A stretch of DNA of 64,000 nucleotides from an uncultured Enterobacterales bacterium (GTDB lineage: Bacteria; Myxococcota_A; UBA796; CAJQPC01). The notes below the pieces were generated by a model. It saw nothing but the letters and a program-made list of their open reading frames with translations, was not told the DNA's origin and made no database searches. Location of the stretch: NCBI GenBank assembly GCA_964610645.1, contig CAZSZE010000012.1, forward strand, positions 5,095-69,094, given 5' to 3'. Made by a program: the position numbers and the translations under genes. Positions 23,776 through 32,373 of this stretch are shown piece after piece; the stretch's first letter is position 1; every line of letters begins with the position of its first letter.

Positions 23776-25215
23776 TCAAAGAACCTCGGCCACGCAGGGG
23801 TGCAAGGTGGACAGGCGTTCGCGCAGGGTTGCCACAATGTCCTGGGTGGCAGAGTCGTCGCCGGACATCGCAGCCGCCACCTGGTGTATTGCCCGGGCCT
23901 CAGGATGGTCTGGCTGGGCCGCCAACACGCGGCTGGCCAATGTTTGCGACTGCTGGAGTCGCCAGGCCGGGTCGTGCCCCCGTACGCAGGCCCACTGGAG
24001 CCAGGACCTTGCCGCCCTGAGCTCTCCTTCTTCAAGGTCGCTATCTGGAGTGGTGGCAGGCAGCGCCGGTGGGGCCGGAACCTCCAGAATATTGGCCTCT
24101 TCAAGAGCCTGGAGCAAGCCACTGACAAGTGCGGAAACGGCAATGGGTCTTGGGTGAACCCAGTCGTAGAACCCGTCATTCCCCGGAGACGGCAGGGCCC
24201 GATTCACGGCGGCTTCCGTGTCTGCCAGTACCACACCCTTGCCGTCGGCCAGGCGACGAATGACCTCGTTGAGGTCTCTGGGGGCTCTCAGCGGCAGGCC
24301 GTCGTGATTCACTGCGGAGGCCAGGGCATTTGCAGGATCCTGGCCTGCTTCTCGAACCTTCAGTCCGAGCTGCCAAGACACGTCAGCGGACTCCGGGAAC
24401 TGGGTGGAGAGACCCTGGAGTTGACCAAGAGTCTGGTCGGACAAGCCGGCGAGGGATTCGGGGCCCTCGGTGCTCCAGTTGGGGTCCAGGCCGGACATGT
24501 TGGAGGCTTGCGTGGCGAGAATCACCGGAACGTCCGCCTTCTCGCTCATTTGGAGGATTCGATTGAGATTGCGCTCGAAGACTCCCACAATGGCTTGTCG
24601 ATGCTCTGGGGACCCATAGGAGGGTGGCCCAATCCAGCCCGGAGAGGTCGTGGGGCGTGGAAGTGCCTGGAGGAGCTGTCGCACGAGGTTGAAACGCCAC
24701 AGACTGGCCGGAAACCGCATGGGAGCTGCCAGGAACTCGTTGTGCCCGTCGTAGACAATCACGGCGCTTGGATGCCAGGAGAGTGCACGATCAAGGAGTC
24801 TCCGCGTGTCATCGGACGCCCCACCGTTGACGCCGAGATTGATGATCTCGAATTTGCCGGGAGCCACGTCGTCTAGGGAGGCCTGGAGGCTCCCAGCGAT
24901 ACCGTGCATCGGTCGGCCCATTGGCTCGGTTCCCCGCGGCCGGGTTGGATATCCAAAGGAGGTCGAGCCCCCGACCAGCAGCAGGCGGGTCACCCCCTCG
25001 GCAGGCTGTACCGAGAACTGGATGGGACGGAACTGTTGGCAGCCGAAGGTGACCTCGGTCTCGGTCTCATCCAGCCAATACCAGGATGGATCGACTGGCC
25101 AGGCGAGGTGGGTGGCGTGGTATTCCAGTGCCGCCAGGGCAACGAAGACGGCGAGCACACAGCTGGCAAAAAGCCGAAAGAGTGGCCAGAGTCGACGCAT
25201 CCCGTTCCCTGTCAC
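23776..25215 (-). CDS. Membrane-anchored SGNH/GDSL-like hydrolase-fold protein with helical C-terminal domain
   Basis: An N-terminal TM helix is present (LWPLFRLFASCVLAVFVALAAL). SGNH-like blocks: LLLVGGSTSFG (block I Ser), NLGVNGGAS, VIVYDGHNEF, YDWVHP (block V D..H). The GTG at 25215 overlaps the upstream stop (GTGA); an alternative ATG lies at 25200. Confidence 0.55.
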   Translation of the reverse strand: MTGNGMRRLWPLFRLFASCVLAVFVALAALEYHATHLAWPVDPSWYWLDETETEVTFGCQQFRPIQFSVQPAEGVTRLLLVGGSTSFGYPTRPRGTEPMGRPMHGIAGSLQASLDDVAPGKFEIINLGVNGGASDDTRRLLDRALSWHPSAVIVYDGHNEFLAAPMRFPASLWRFNLVRQLLQALPRPTTSPGWIGPPSYGSPEHRQAIVGVFERNLNRILQMSEKADVPVILATQASNMSGLDPNWSTEGPESLAGLSDQTLGQLQGLSTQFPESADVSWQLGLKVREAGQDPANALASAVNHDGLPLRAPRDLNEVIRRLADGKGVVLADTEAAVNRALPSPGNDGFYDWVHPRPIAVSALVSGLLQALEEANILEVPAPPALPATTPDSDLEEGELRAARSWLQWACVRGHDPAWRLQQSQTLASRVLAAQPDHPEARAIHQVAAAMSGDDSATQDIVATLRERLSTLHPCVAEVL

Positions 25216-25418
25216 AGCAGGGGGTACACAAAGGGGCTGATGGCTGGAAAGAGGGACAGAACCACGAGGGCAACCGCAAACACCAGGAGAACGACGACGA
25301 CGGGAATAGCGAGCTTGAGCCTATCACCAGACATGGCAGAGAGAACAGCGAAGACCGACTTCAGCGCGGATCGGGAGGCGGCGGAGCGCGTACGCTTCTT
25401 CTGGGGCGGTTGTGTCAT
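25212..25418 (-). CDS. Small membrane protein, DUF5989 (SxtK-like)-like
   Basis: 68 aa with a basic N-terminus, one TM helix and a C-terminal ...ISPFVYPLL. This resembles the ...APFIYTLF ending of the DUF5989 family as I recall it. Both junctions are ATGA/GTGA overlaps. Confidence 0.5.
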   Translation of the reverse strand: MTQPPQKKRTRSAASRSALKSVFAVLSAMSGDRLKLAIPVVVVLLVFAVALVVLSLFPAISPFVYPLL

Positions 25419-27238
25419 GCGGTCACCTTCTTGATGAAGACGTGGTCCACAACCAGGCAGGGGATCTCGCTTCTCGCAAAGAGAAGCAGCGCGTCGGCCG
25501 GGGATGCGGTCAGCGGGTAGCCTCGCTCCTGGAGCTCAAAAAGAGCGAGCGCGGGCAGGCCATGGAGGGCGCCCCATGCTTTGAGCAGCTTGTACAGGCT
25601 CGGGTGGCGCTCCGGGCTGCAGAGCAAGGGCACGCACGTGCCGTCAGGGGCCACGCAGGAGTCAACGAGTGGCCGGGCATCCGGGCAAACCTCGGCCCGG
25701 ACCTGGTTCCAGGGTGCGTCCCACGGAGGATCCACCAAGACCTGTTCCGCATCGTCCGTGGCGATGGCGAGGGAAGGAATGGAGAACTGTGGTTGTCCGG
25801 CGATTCTGTGTGCAGTCTGCGCCAGGGTTGTCGGGTGCTTTGGAGCGGCCAGAATAGCTCGATCTCCCAAGTTCCGCGTGGCACACGAAAACCTGCCCTG
25901 GTGCCATCCGATCGCGTCACCGGACTCCAGAGCGGCAACACAAGCCGCCACCAGAGAGTCCTCATGGGTGTGTACGGTGCGCTCGAGTTCGAGCCCTGAG
26001 GCCGACACGTTGCTCCCGGGCATGCGAAACCGACGCCATGCTCCTGGTCGTAGGTGGGCGGCTGTCTCCGCCGCCTGGTTTGCGTCGTAGGCTCGACCGA
26101 GAAACGGCCATTCGCCGCGTGTTGTTTCCGTCTTTCCGAACCGGGCCCCGTACAAGGCTGCGCCCAGGGCGTTGCCCGCGTCGCCGGGGTCGGGAGGCAC
26201 AAAGATCGCTTCAAACAGTCCAGATCCACGAACCCGACGAACGATCTCCGGGTCGGCTGCGATCTCTCCTCCCAGGCACAGATGGGGGAGTCCGGTATCG
26301 CCCCGGAGCTTCTCGCAAAGCGCCAGCACCCGCTCTGAGATGACCTCCTGAAGCGAGGCGGCGATGTTCGCCAGCTCCTGGTCACGCGGGCTGGAAAGCT
26401 GTCCTCTTTGTACATCGTCCGGGGCGGACCATGGCTTGCGCACGTCCCTCGGGGGACCAAAGGTCGACTCGAACTGCTCGGTCCACGGCTGCCGGAAAGG
26501 AGGAGACTCAAGGCGTTCAAACCGAAACCATCCCGGGCTGACCCGGTAGCTTCCATCCTCGGCGCCCACCAGGATTCGACGAAACTCCTCGAGTCTTGTT
26601 GGTTGGCCGTAGAGAGCGAGCTCACCCAGGTGCCACGCTTCGTTCCCAGGCGGAAAGCCAAGGTGCGTGGCGACGGCCCGGCGGAACAGCCCCAGGGAGT
26701 GTGGGTAGGAGAGGAAGCCATGAGCCAGGAGTTCGATGTCCGGAACTCGGGCTCCCTGCCCCATCGTCGTACAGGGCCACTCCCCCTTGCCATCCAACAC
26801 CAGGATGGCCGCCTCCGGAAACGGAGACGTGAGAAATGCGTTGGCCATGTGCCCCAGGTGGTGTGGGATGAACTCCACCAGGTCGGGGTGCACGTCGAGT
26901 TGGGCGCTGATCTCGTTTCGCACCCAGAGCATGGACTCCATCCACCGCTTCATCGTTCGGACAAATGGGGAGAGCCCTTTGGGGAAGGGAGCGCCGAGCG
27001 TGCAGGAGAAGACGCGACTGAAGCGGTTGTGCGGTTCCTCGTGGTACACCACCAGGTCGAGATCCTCGGCGGTTATCCGGCCCTCGTTCAGGCAGAACTC
27101 CATGGCGTAGGTTGGCACGTTGGGCTCTCCGGACTGCCGCGTGAACCGCTGCTCGGAGGCGGCCGCCACGAGTTGCCCCCCGACCACCAGCGCAGCGGCC
27201 GAGTCGCTGTGCATGGCGGACACTCCGAGCACGTTCAT
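25415..27238 (-). CDS. Carbamoyltransferase (NodU/CmcH family)
   Basis: 607 aa. The N-terminal MNVLGVSAMHSDSAAALVVGGQLVAAASEQRFTR is the typical family start. The two-domain length also fits. ATGA overlaps occur at both ends. Confidence 0.85.
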   Translation of the reverse strand: MNVLGVSAMHSDSAAALVVGGQLVAAASEQRFTRQSGEPNVPTYAMEFCLNEGRITAEDLDLVVYHEEPHNRFSRVFSCTLGAPFPKGLSPFVRTMKRWMESMLWVRNEISAQLDVHPDLVEFIPHHLGHMANAFLTSPFPEAAILVLDGKGEWPCTTMGQGARVPDIELLAHGFLSYPHSLGLFRRAVATHLGFPPGNEAWHLGELALYGQPTRLEEFRRILVGAEDGSYRVSPGWFRFERLESPPFRQPWTEQFESTFGPPRDVRKPWSAPDDVQRGQLSSPRDQELANIAASLQEVISERVLALCEKLRGDTGLPHLCLGGEIAADPEIVRRVRGSGLFEAIFVPPDPGDAGNALGAALYGARFGKTETTRGEWPFLGRAYDANQAAETAAHLRPGAWRRFRMPGSNVSASGLELERTVHTHEDSLVAACVAALESGDAIGWHQGRFSCATRNLGDRAILAAPKHPTTLAQTAHRIAGQPQFSIPSLAIATDDAEQVLVDPPWDAPWNQVRAEVCPDARPLVDSCVAPDGTCVPLLCSPERHPSLYKLLKAWGALHGLPALALFELQERGYPLTASPADALLLFARSEIPCLVVDHVFIKKVTA

Positions 27239-27936
27239 GGAAGTGCCGGAGACTCGAATTCCACGAAACCGGGTGCTTCGTCGAGGCGCTGCCTACAGGC
27301 CCAGGCGCCCCCGAGCAGGCCGAGGACATAGAGAACGGTGAGAAGGACTCTCATGGGAATCTCGCCCAGGCGCCTGGAGAATCGAAGCCAACTCTCCCAT
27401 GCACGCCGCAGCCGAGCACGTCGGATCCACCGATCTGCCTCCTTGGGTGAGCCCACGATGGCGAGGAGGAGCTTGTGGGTGAGGCCTACGTGCCCGAGTT
27501 CGTCCTTTTTTGCTTCAAGGAAGACGCTCCTTGCCGGACAGTCTCCTATTCCTGCTGCGTAGGAGTTGAACTGGTCAAAGACGTCCTTCTCCCCGACGTG
27601 GGCGTGGGCAAGAAACGCTGGTGCGGCATCCTCTCCCTTCAACGGGTCCAGGATGGGATCTCTGTGGAGGAGCGGTTTGGGTGGGTGGGAGGCCTCGTAC
27701 TGGCTGGCAACCCGATCAAACTCGCTGGCGTGGTGGAGCTCTTCGAGGGTGTGCTGGAGAACGAGGGCTCGAGTAGGGGGGTCGTCGATCTGCTCCAGGG
27801 CGTGCAGCAGCTGCCAGGCGCTGTCCGCTTCCATGACTGAAAAGTACTTGAGCCGCGATGCCATTCTCCCGGAGAACGGTCTCCAGGTCAGTGGAACCAG
27901 AACCCTTGTCAGCAGGTTTCGCGGCCAATTCGTCAT
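27235..27936 (-). CDS. Ferritin-like (putative di-iron carboxylate) protein with C-terminal TM anchor
   Basis: Two E...ExxH-type pairs are present (MEADSAW / LEELHH and GEKDVF / KDELGH) in predicted helices. The C-terminus has a hydrophobic helix (VLLTVLYVLGLLGGAWA). The ATG at 27936 overlaps the cytochrome c stop (ATGA). Confidence 0.5.
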   Translation of the reverse strand: MTNWPRNLLTRVLVPLTWRPFSGRMASRLKYFSVMEADSAWQLLHALEQIDDPPTRALVLQHTLEELHHASEFDRVASQYEASHPPKPLLHRDPILDPLKGEDAAPAFLAHAHVGEKDVFDQFNSYAAGIGDCPARSVFLEAKKDELGHVGLTHKLLLAIVGSPKEADRWIRRARLRRAWESWLRFSRRLGEIPMRVLLTVLYVLGLLGGAWACRQRLDEAPGFVEFESPALP

Positions 27937-28958
27937 GGCACCTCGGCAGCGTTCTCCACGGGAAGGGGAGCCGTGATCTGGCCTGTGTCCGCTTCTACCA
28001 GTGCCTTGCGCTGGGCAGCCTCGGGCGTTCCCTTCAGCGCGGTGAGAGAGCCGACATAGTGGGCGATCGCCCAGATTTCCTTGGACTCCAGCGTCTCAGA
28101 CCAGGCCGGCATGGCGGTTCCGGGAATGCCAATTCCAATCACCTGGGCCAGGGAGGCGTTGTCTCTCGCTCGCCTGAGCGGGCGATAGGTGAAGTCCGGT
28201 GGCACGATCATGAGTGGCTGCTCGCAGCGGCCATACCGGCAGACCTGGTCCTCACCGGTACAGTCCCGGTTGGTTTCACAGGCGGGATCGCCAGGGATCG
28301 GGCTGCTGTAGGACTTGCTTTCCTTGGCCTTTGAGCGCCACCTGTTGGGCCGAAAGTCGGTCTTGAATGACAAGCCAAGCTCCTGCCGGTCGGCGTTGGT
28401 GGCCTCGCGCGTCTGGAAGGCGGGGTGGCATGTGGAGCACTCAGCCACGCTGTGGTAGAGCGTTTCGCCCCTCTCAATGGCTGCCTTGTCGTCCGTCCAG
28501 GGGTCTTCTCCCGGACTGTAGGGGGCACTCACCTCTGAGTCCGGGTCGCGCCATCCGTCTCCTTCTGGGGAGAACGTCTTGATGTACTGAATCAGCGGCT
28601 CGAGCATCTGGTCCGGAAGCTCCCATTCCAGCATCGCGGTTCCATGCAAGCCTCCGCGTATCAGGAGCCCAAGGGACTCATCCGTTGGCAAGTACTCAGT
28701 GGAGGTCCCAGTGAACTTGTAGGTCGCGGTTCGCAGGTCGCGGGGGGGCGGCGTGAGGTCCGCGGAGGAGAGGCCTCGACCGTCCCCGTCCGTGCCGTGG
28801 CACGAGATGCAGTAGTAGGAGTACGCCGACTCTCCCGCATTGAGGGTGTCCGCGGAGACGGAGATACCTCCCAGGACCTGGGGCTCGGTGAAGGCGGGCT
28901 CGCAGCCCAACAATGGGGCAAGGACGAGCAGGGAGAGGGCGTGGAATTTGGGGGTCAA
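27933..28958 (-). CDS. Dihaem c-type cytochrome lipoprotein
   Basis: The TTG at 28958 follows a GGAGAAG Shine-Dalgarno sequence and gives (M)TPKFHALSLLVLAPLLGC (lipobox). Haem motifs are CISCHG and CSTCHP, with a Met-ligand context GTAMPAW. The track ORF to 29234 is over-extended. Confidence 0.75.
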   Translation of the reverse strand: MTPKFHALSLLVLAPLLGCEPAFTEPQVLGGISVSADTLNAGESAYSYYCISCHGTDGDGRGLSSADLTPPPRDLRTATYKFTGTSTEYLPTDESLGLLIRGGLHGTAMLEWELPDQMLEPLIQYIKTFSPEGDGWRDPDSEVSAPYSPGEDPWTDDKAAIERGETLYHSVAECSTCHPAFQTREATNADRQELGLSFKTDFRPNRWRSKAKESKSYSSPIPGDPACETNRDCTGEDQVCRYGRCEQPLMIVPPDFTYRPLRRARDNASLAQVIGIGIPGTAMPAWSETLESKEIWAIAHYVGSLTALKGTPEAAQRKALVEADTGQITAPLPVENAAEVP

Positions 28959-29200
28959 AGGACTTCTCCACGAATTGAACTCGATAGGGGCATGGGGGAA
29001 GTGTTCGCTTGATGGGCATGATGAAGCCACCTCAAGAACACTCCCAGGATCAGGATTGGAAGGCCCAGCATCAGGGCGGTTGCGGTGAGGTACGCCATCG
29101 CTTCGTCTCCCCCGAAGATCCCGGCACAATTGGGGCACGCGTCTGCTGTGCCACTTGCCAGGCCCGAGAGGAGCAGCATGAAGGCGATTCGGCTTACCAC
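28955..29200 (-). CDS. Small membrane protein with CPNC motif (unknown; oxidase-operon encoded)
   Basis: 81 aa with a signal-like N-terminus, then ADACPNCAG, then one TM helix (TATALMLGLPILILGVFL) and an HHAH patch. Its stop overlaps the downstream TTG (TTGA) and its start overlaps the upstream gene by 7 nt. Confidence 0.4.
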   Translation of the reverse strand: MVSRIAFMLLLSGLASGTADACPNCAGIFGGDEAMAYLTATALMLGLPILILGVFLRWLHHAHQANTSPMPLSSSIRGEVL

Positions 29201-29784
29201 AGGTACACCAGGCCGTAGAGGGGGGGCCAGACAAGCACCACGAAGGTCCAGTACATTCGCCCGGCTCTAAGGCGATCCATTGATTGGGTGGATCCGGGGT
29301 CCCGGAGGGTCAGCTGGTGGATGCGTGCGAACACAACCAGGGCCACGATCACGTGCAACCCGTGACAGCCCACGAGGGAATAGAACAGGGCGCCGTAGAG
29401 GCTGGAAGATGAGGTGAGTCCGTGCTGGATCAGGCGCCCCCACTCAATGCCCTGAAACACCACAAAGACGGTGCCAAGGGCCAGCGCTGCTCCCCGCAGG
29501 GACCGGGCGATGTTGTGGTTGCCCCGGGCGGATTCGGAGACGCTGCGCCAGAGAGCGCCTCCACTGGCGATAAGAATCGCCGTGTTGATGGCGGTGGCAA
29601 AGACCGGTAGGCGCGGTTGGTCGAGGGGTGGCCAGAGACCTGCTTGGGACCGCAGCACCACGTAGGCGCTGGCCAGGCCACAGAAGAGCATGGCCTCAGA
29701 GATCAGAAACAGTGCGCACCCGAGGACGATGTTGGGAATCGCCGGAGACGGTCGGGTGGGGCGCACCTGTGCTGCTGCGGTCAT
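29194..29784 (-). CDS. Haem-copper oxidase subunit III family protein (second copy)
   Basis: Start is MTAAAQV (29784), with an ATGA overlap with the subunit IV gene. It is polytopic. FQGIEW and GCHGLHVIVAL motifs parallel subunit III. The track ORF to 29973 is over-extended. Confidence 0.7.
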   Translation of the reverse strand: MTAAAQVRPTRPSPAIPNIVLGCALFLISEAMLFCGLASAYVVLRSQAGLWPPLDQPRLPVFATAINTAILIASGGALWRSVSESARGNHNIARSLRGAALALGTVFVVFQGIEWGRLIQHGLTSSSSLYGALFYSLVGCHGLHVIVALVVFARIHQLTLRDPGSTQSMDRLRAGRMYWTFVVLVWPPLYGLVYLW

Positions 29785-30074
29785 TGGACGGGCTCTGCCC
29801 CAAAGACCCAGGCGATGTCCGGAATGAGGCCCACATAGAGCACCATCAGGGCCAACAGGCAGCCGACAATCAGCACCTTGATGGCTCGTTGCTCCAGGGT
29901 CACGTGCATGAAGCGGGAAGCCACAAGCCACGCCTTGAAGAGGGCGATCAAGAAGACAAAGGCAATGGCCCACTGGCTCCCGGAGACAGCTGTGGCCACC
30001 AGCGAGATGCCGAAGGCAACCGACAGCACTATCCAGACCCGGACGTAGTTCGTGGGGGGGTGAGAGTCACTCAT
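29781..30074 (-). CDS. Cytochrome c oxidase subunit IV (prokaryotic type)
   Basis: 97 aa with three hydrophobic helices. The signature IALFKAWLVASRFMHV matches the prokaryotic COX4 family motif (KA.LV...FMH). Confidence 0.7.
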   Translation of the reverse strand: MSDSHPPTNYVRVWIVLSVAFGISLVATAVSGSQWAIAFVFLIALFKAWLVASRFMHVTLEQRAIKVLIVGCLLALMVLYVGLIPDIAWVFGAEPVQ

Positions 30075-30081
30075 GGAAACC

Positions 30082-30651
30082 TCAGCTGGCCAGGTAGAGA
30101 AGGGGGAACAAGAAGATCCAGATCACATCCACGAGATGCCAATAGAGGCCCACGTTCTCCACCCATTCGGGGCTCTTCTGGCTTGGGGTCTTCCACGCGA
30201 CAACGGCAATCGCTGTCATCCCGCCGATGACATGCAGCGCATGGAGGCCGGTCAGGATGTAGTAGAAGGACCAGAACAAGCCAGTCACGGGTGTGTACCC
30301 GGCGTGAATCTCGTGGGAGTACTCAAAGGCCTTGATGCAGAGGAACACGAGCCCCCCGCCCACCGTGAAGAAGAGAAACCGGGAGCTCTTGGCGAAGTCC
30401 CCCTTCGCTGCGGCCTCGTGGGCGAGAATTGCTGTGAGACTGCTGGTGAGAAGCACCATCGTGTTGATGGCGCCGGCGGCCGTCATGGTGTGTGCAGCCT
30501 CTGCGCTCCACTCGGGATGGCGCATCCTCAGGAGCACATAGGTGGTCACGAGGCCACCGAAGATCAGGATCTCGGATCCCAGGAACCACCACATTCCGAG
30601 GCGGCCTGTGGGCGTCTCCGTGGCGGTGCGGCGAATGGAAAGAGTGGACAT
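30082..30651 (-). CDS. ctaE: Cytochrome c oxidase subunit III
   Basis: 189 aa. Motifs: GMWWFLGSEILIFGG, FYYILTGLHALHVIGG, YWHLVDVIWIFLFPLLY. Confidence 0.85.
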   Translation of the reverse strand: MSTLSIRRTATETPTGRLGMWWFLGSEILIFGGLVTTYVLLRMRHPEWSAEAAHTMTAAGAINTMVLLTSSLTAILAHEAAAKGDFAKSSRFLFFTVGGGLVFLCIKAFEYSHEIHAGYTPVTGLFWSFYYILTGLHALHVIGGMTAIAVVAWKTPSQKSPEWVENVGLYWHLVDVIWIFLFPLLYLAS

Positions 30652-30657
30652 GGCTGC

Positions 30658-32373
30658 TCATTTCCCCGCTTGTTGATGGGTTTTCAGTGCATCGAGCGGA
30701 GCGTCGGCTGTCTCGTCGCTCTTCCAGACCGGAAGAAAGTCGGGCCCATCCCCGGGAGGGCTGTAGAAGTAGGGCCCCCGGTAGCTGACGGGGCGTTCGG
30801 TGAAGTTGCCGTGGGGGGGCGGGGAAGCGGTGTTCCACTCCATGGTCGTGGCGTTCCAGGGGTTCTTTCCGGCCACCTCTCCCTTCTTCAACGAAAGGAA
30901 GATGTTGATGACAAAAGGTACCTGGAAGATGAGCATCGCTGCGGTTGCCACGGTGGCAATCGCCTGGAGAGACTCAGCGTGCCCCTGGAGGAAGTCAAAG
31001 GAAGTAGGAACCGCGATGCGGCGGTGGTGCCCCAGGAGCCCCAGTTGGAACAGGGGAATGAAGATTGCGTTGAAGGAGAGAAAGGTGCCCAGAAAGTGAA
31101 TTGTGCCCAAGCGCTCGTCCAGCTTTCTCCCGAACATTTTCGGGTACCAGTGGTAGATGCCAGCGAAAGTGCCGAACAACGTGATGGGGACCAGGGTGTA
31201 GTGAAAGTGCGCCACCACGAAGTAGCTGTCGTGGATGTAGATGTCGGCGGCAGCTGATCCGTTCATGATGCCGGTCACTCCGCCGATAAAGAACAGTCCG
31301 ATGAACCCCAGGGCGAACTGCATGGCGGTGGTGAACCGAATGGACCCCTTCCACAGGGTCGCTACGAAGGCAAACATCGCGACCGCAAAGGGCACAGAGA
31401 TGAGGATTGTGGTCAGACTGAAGGGGGCGGCCAGGCGCGGGTCAATGCCACTGATGAACTGGTGATGGGCCCAGACGACGAAGCTCAAGATTCCAGCAAC
31501 GATCGTGGACCAGACCACATGACGCTGAGCGAACAGGGCCTTCCGCGAGTTCGCGCAGAGGACCTCTCCCATGATCCCAAGAGCAGGCAGGAGGAGCACG
31601 TAGACTTCCGGGTGTCCGAAGAACCAAAACAGGTGCTGAAAGAGCAGCGGGTCTCCCCCCAGGGAATTCGCATAGAAACCGGTTCCGATGGTGCGATCCA
31701 GCAGGAGCATCACCGCCCCCCCGATCAGGGGCCCGACGGAGATCATGAAGACGATGCTGGCGATGACAATCTGCCAGACCACGAACGGCCAGTCCCAGAT
31801 GCGCATTCCCTCGGCACGGAGATTGATCGAGGTGGTGATGAAGTTGATCCCCCCCATGAGAAAGGCCACCAACTCAAGGGCGACAGCCAGAATCCAGAGG
31901 TTCACGCCCCAATCCACGCCGCTGAAGATCGCGTCTGCTGCCAGTGGTGGGTAGGAAGTCCATCCCCCAGCGGCAGCACCTCCCGGAACGAAGAACGACG
32001 CGATCAAGACCACCGTGCTCAAGAAGAAGATCCAAAAGGACATCATGTTGAGCGTGGGAAACGCCATGTCGTCGGTGCCGATCATCAAGGGAATCAACAG
32101 GTTTCCGAAGCCTGCCACCAGCAGGGGCATGGCGACCCAAAAGATCATGATCGAACCATGCATCGTGACGTACGCGTTGTACTCGTGGGGAGAGATGGCC
32201 CCCACCAGGGGCAAGGGGTCGCCCGGCCACGCCAGCTGCAGTCGCATCCCGTAGGCCAGGAGGCCGCCAAGCACGGCCATGACCAAGCCTGTGAACATGT
32301 ACTGCTTGGCGATGACCTTGTGGTCCGTCGAAAAGACGTGGGTTCTAAGGAAACCTTGTGGAGCGTGGTTCAT
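30658..32373 (-). CDS. ctaD: Cytochrome c oxidase subunit I (A1-type haem-copper oxidase)
   Basis: 571 aa. Motifs: FWFFGHPEVYVLLLP (GHPEVY, the A1-type Glu/Tyr motif), WAHHQF, and HDSYFVVAHFHY (haem ligands). Confidence 0.95.
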   Translation of the reverse strand: MNHAPQGFLRTHVFSTDHKVIAKQYMFTGLVMAVLGGLLAYGMRLQLAWPGDPLPLVGAISPHEYNAYVTMHGSIMIFWVAMPLLVAGFGNLLIPLMIGTDDMAFPTLNMMSFWIFFLSTVVLIASFFVPGGAAAGGWTSYPPLAADAIFSGVDWGVNLWILAVALELVAFLMGGINFITTSINLRAEGMRIWDWPFVVWQIVIASIVFMISVGPLIGGAVMLLLDRTIGTGFYANSLGGDPLLFQHLFWFFGHPEVYVLLLPALGIMGEVLCANSRKALFAQRHVVWSTIVAGILSFVVWAHHQFISGIDPRLAAPFSLTTILISVPFAVAMFAFVATLWKGSIRFTTAMQFALGFIGLFFIGGVTGIMNGSAAADIYIHDSYFVVAHFHYTLVPITLFGTFAGIYHWYPKMFGRKLDERLGTIHFLGTFLSFNAIFIPLFQLGLLGHHRRIAVPTSFDFLQGHAESLQAIATVATAAMLIFQVPFVINIFLSLKKGEVAGKNPWNATTMEWNTASPPPHGNFTERPVSYRGPYFYSPPGDGPDFLPVWKSDETADAPLDALKTHQQAGK

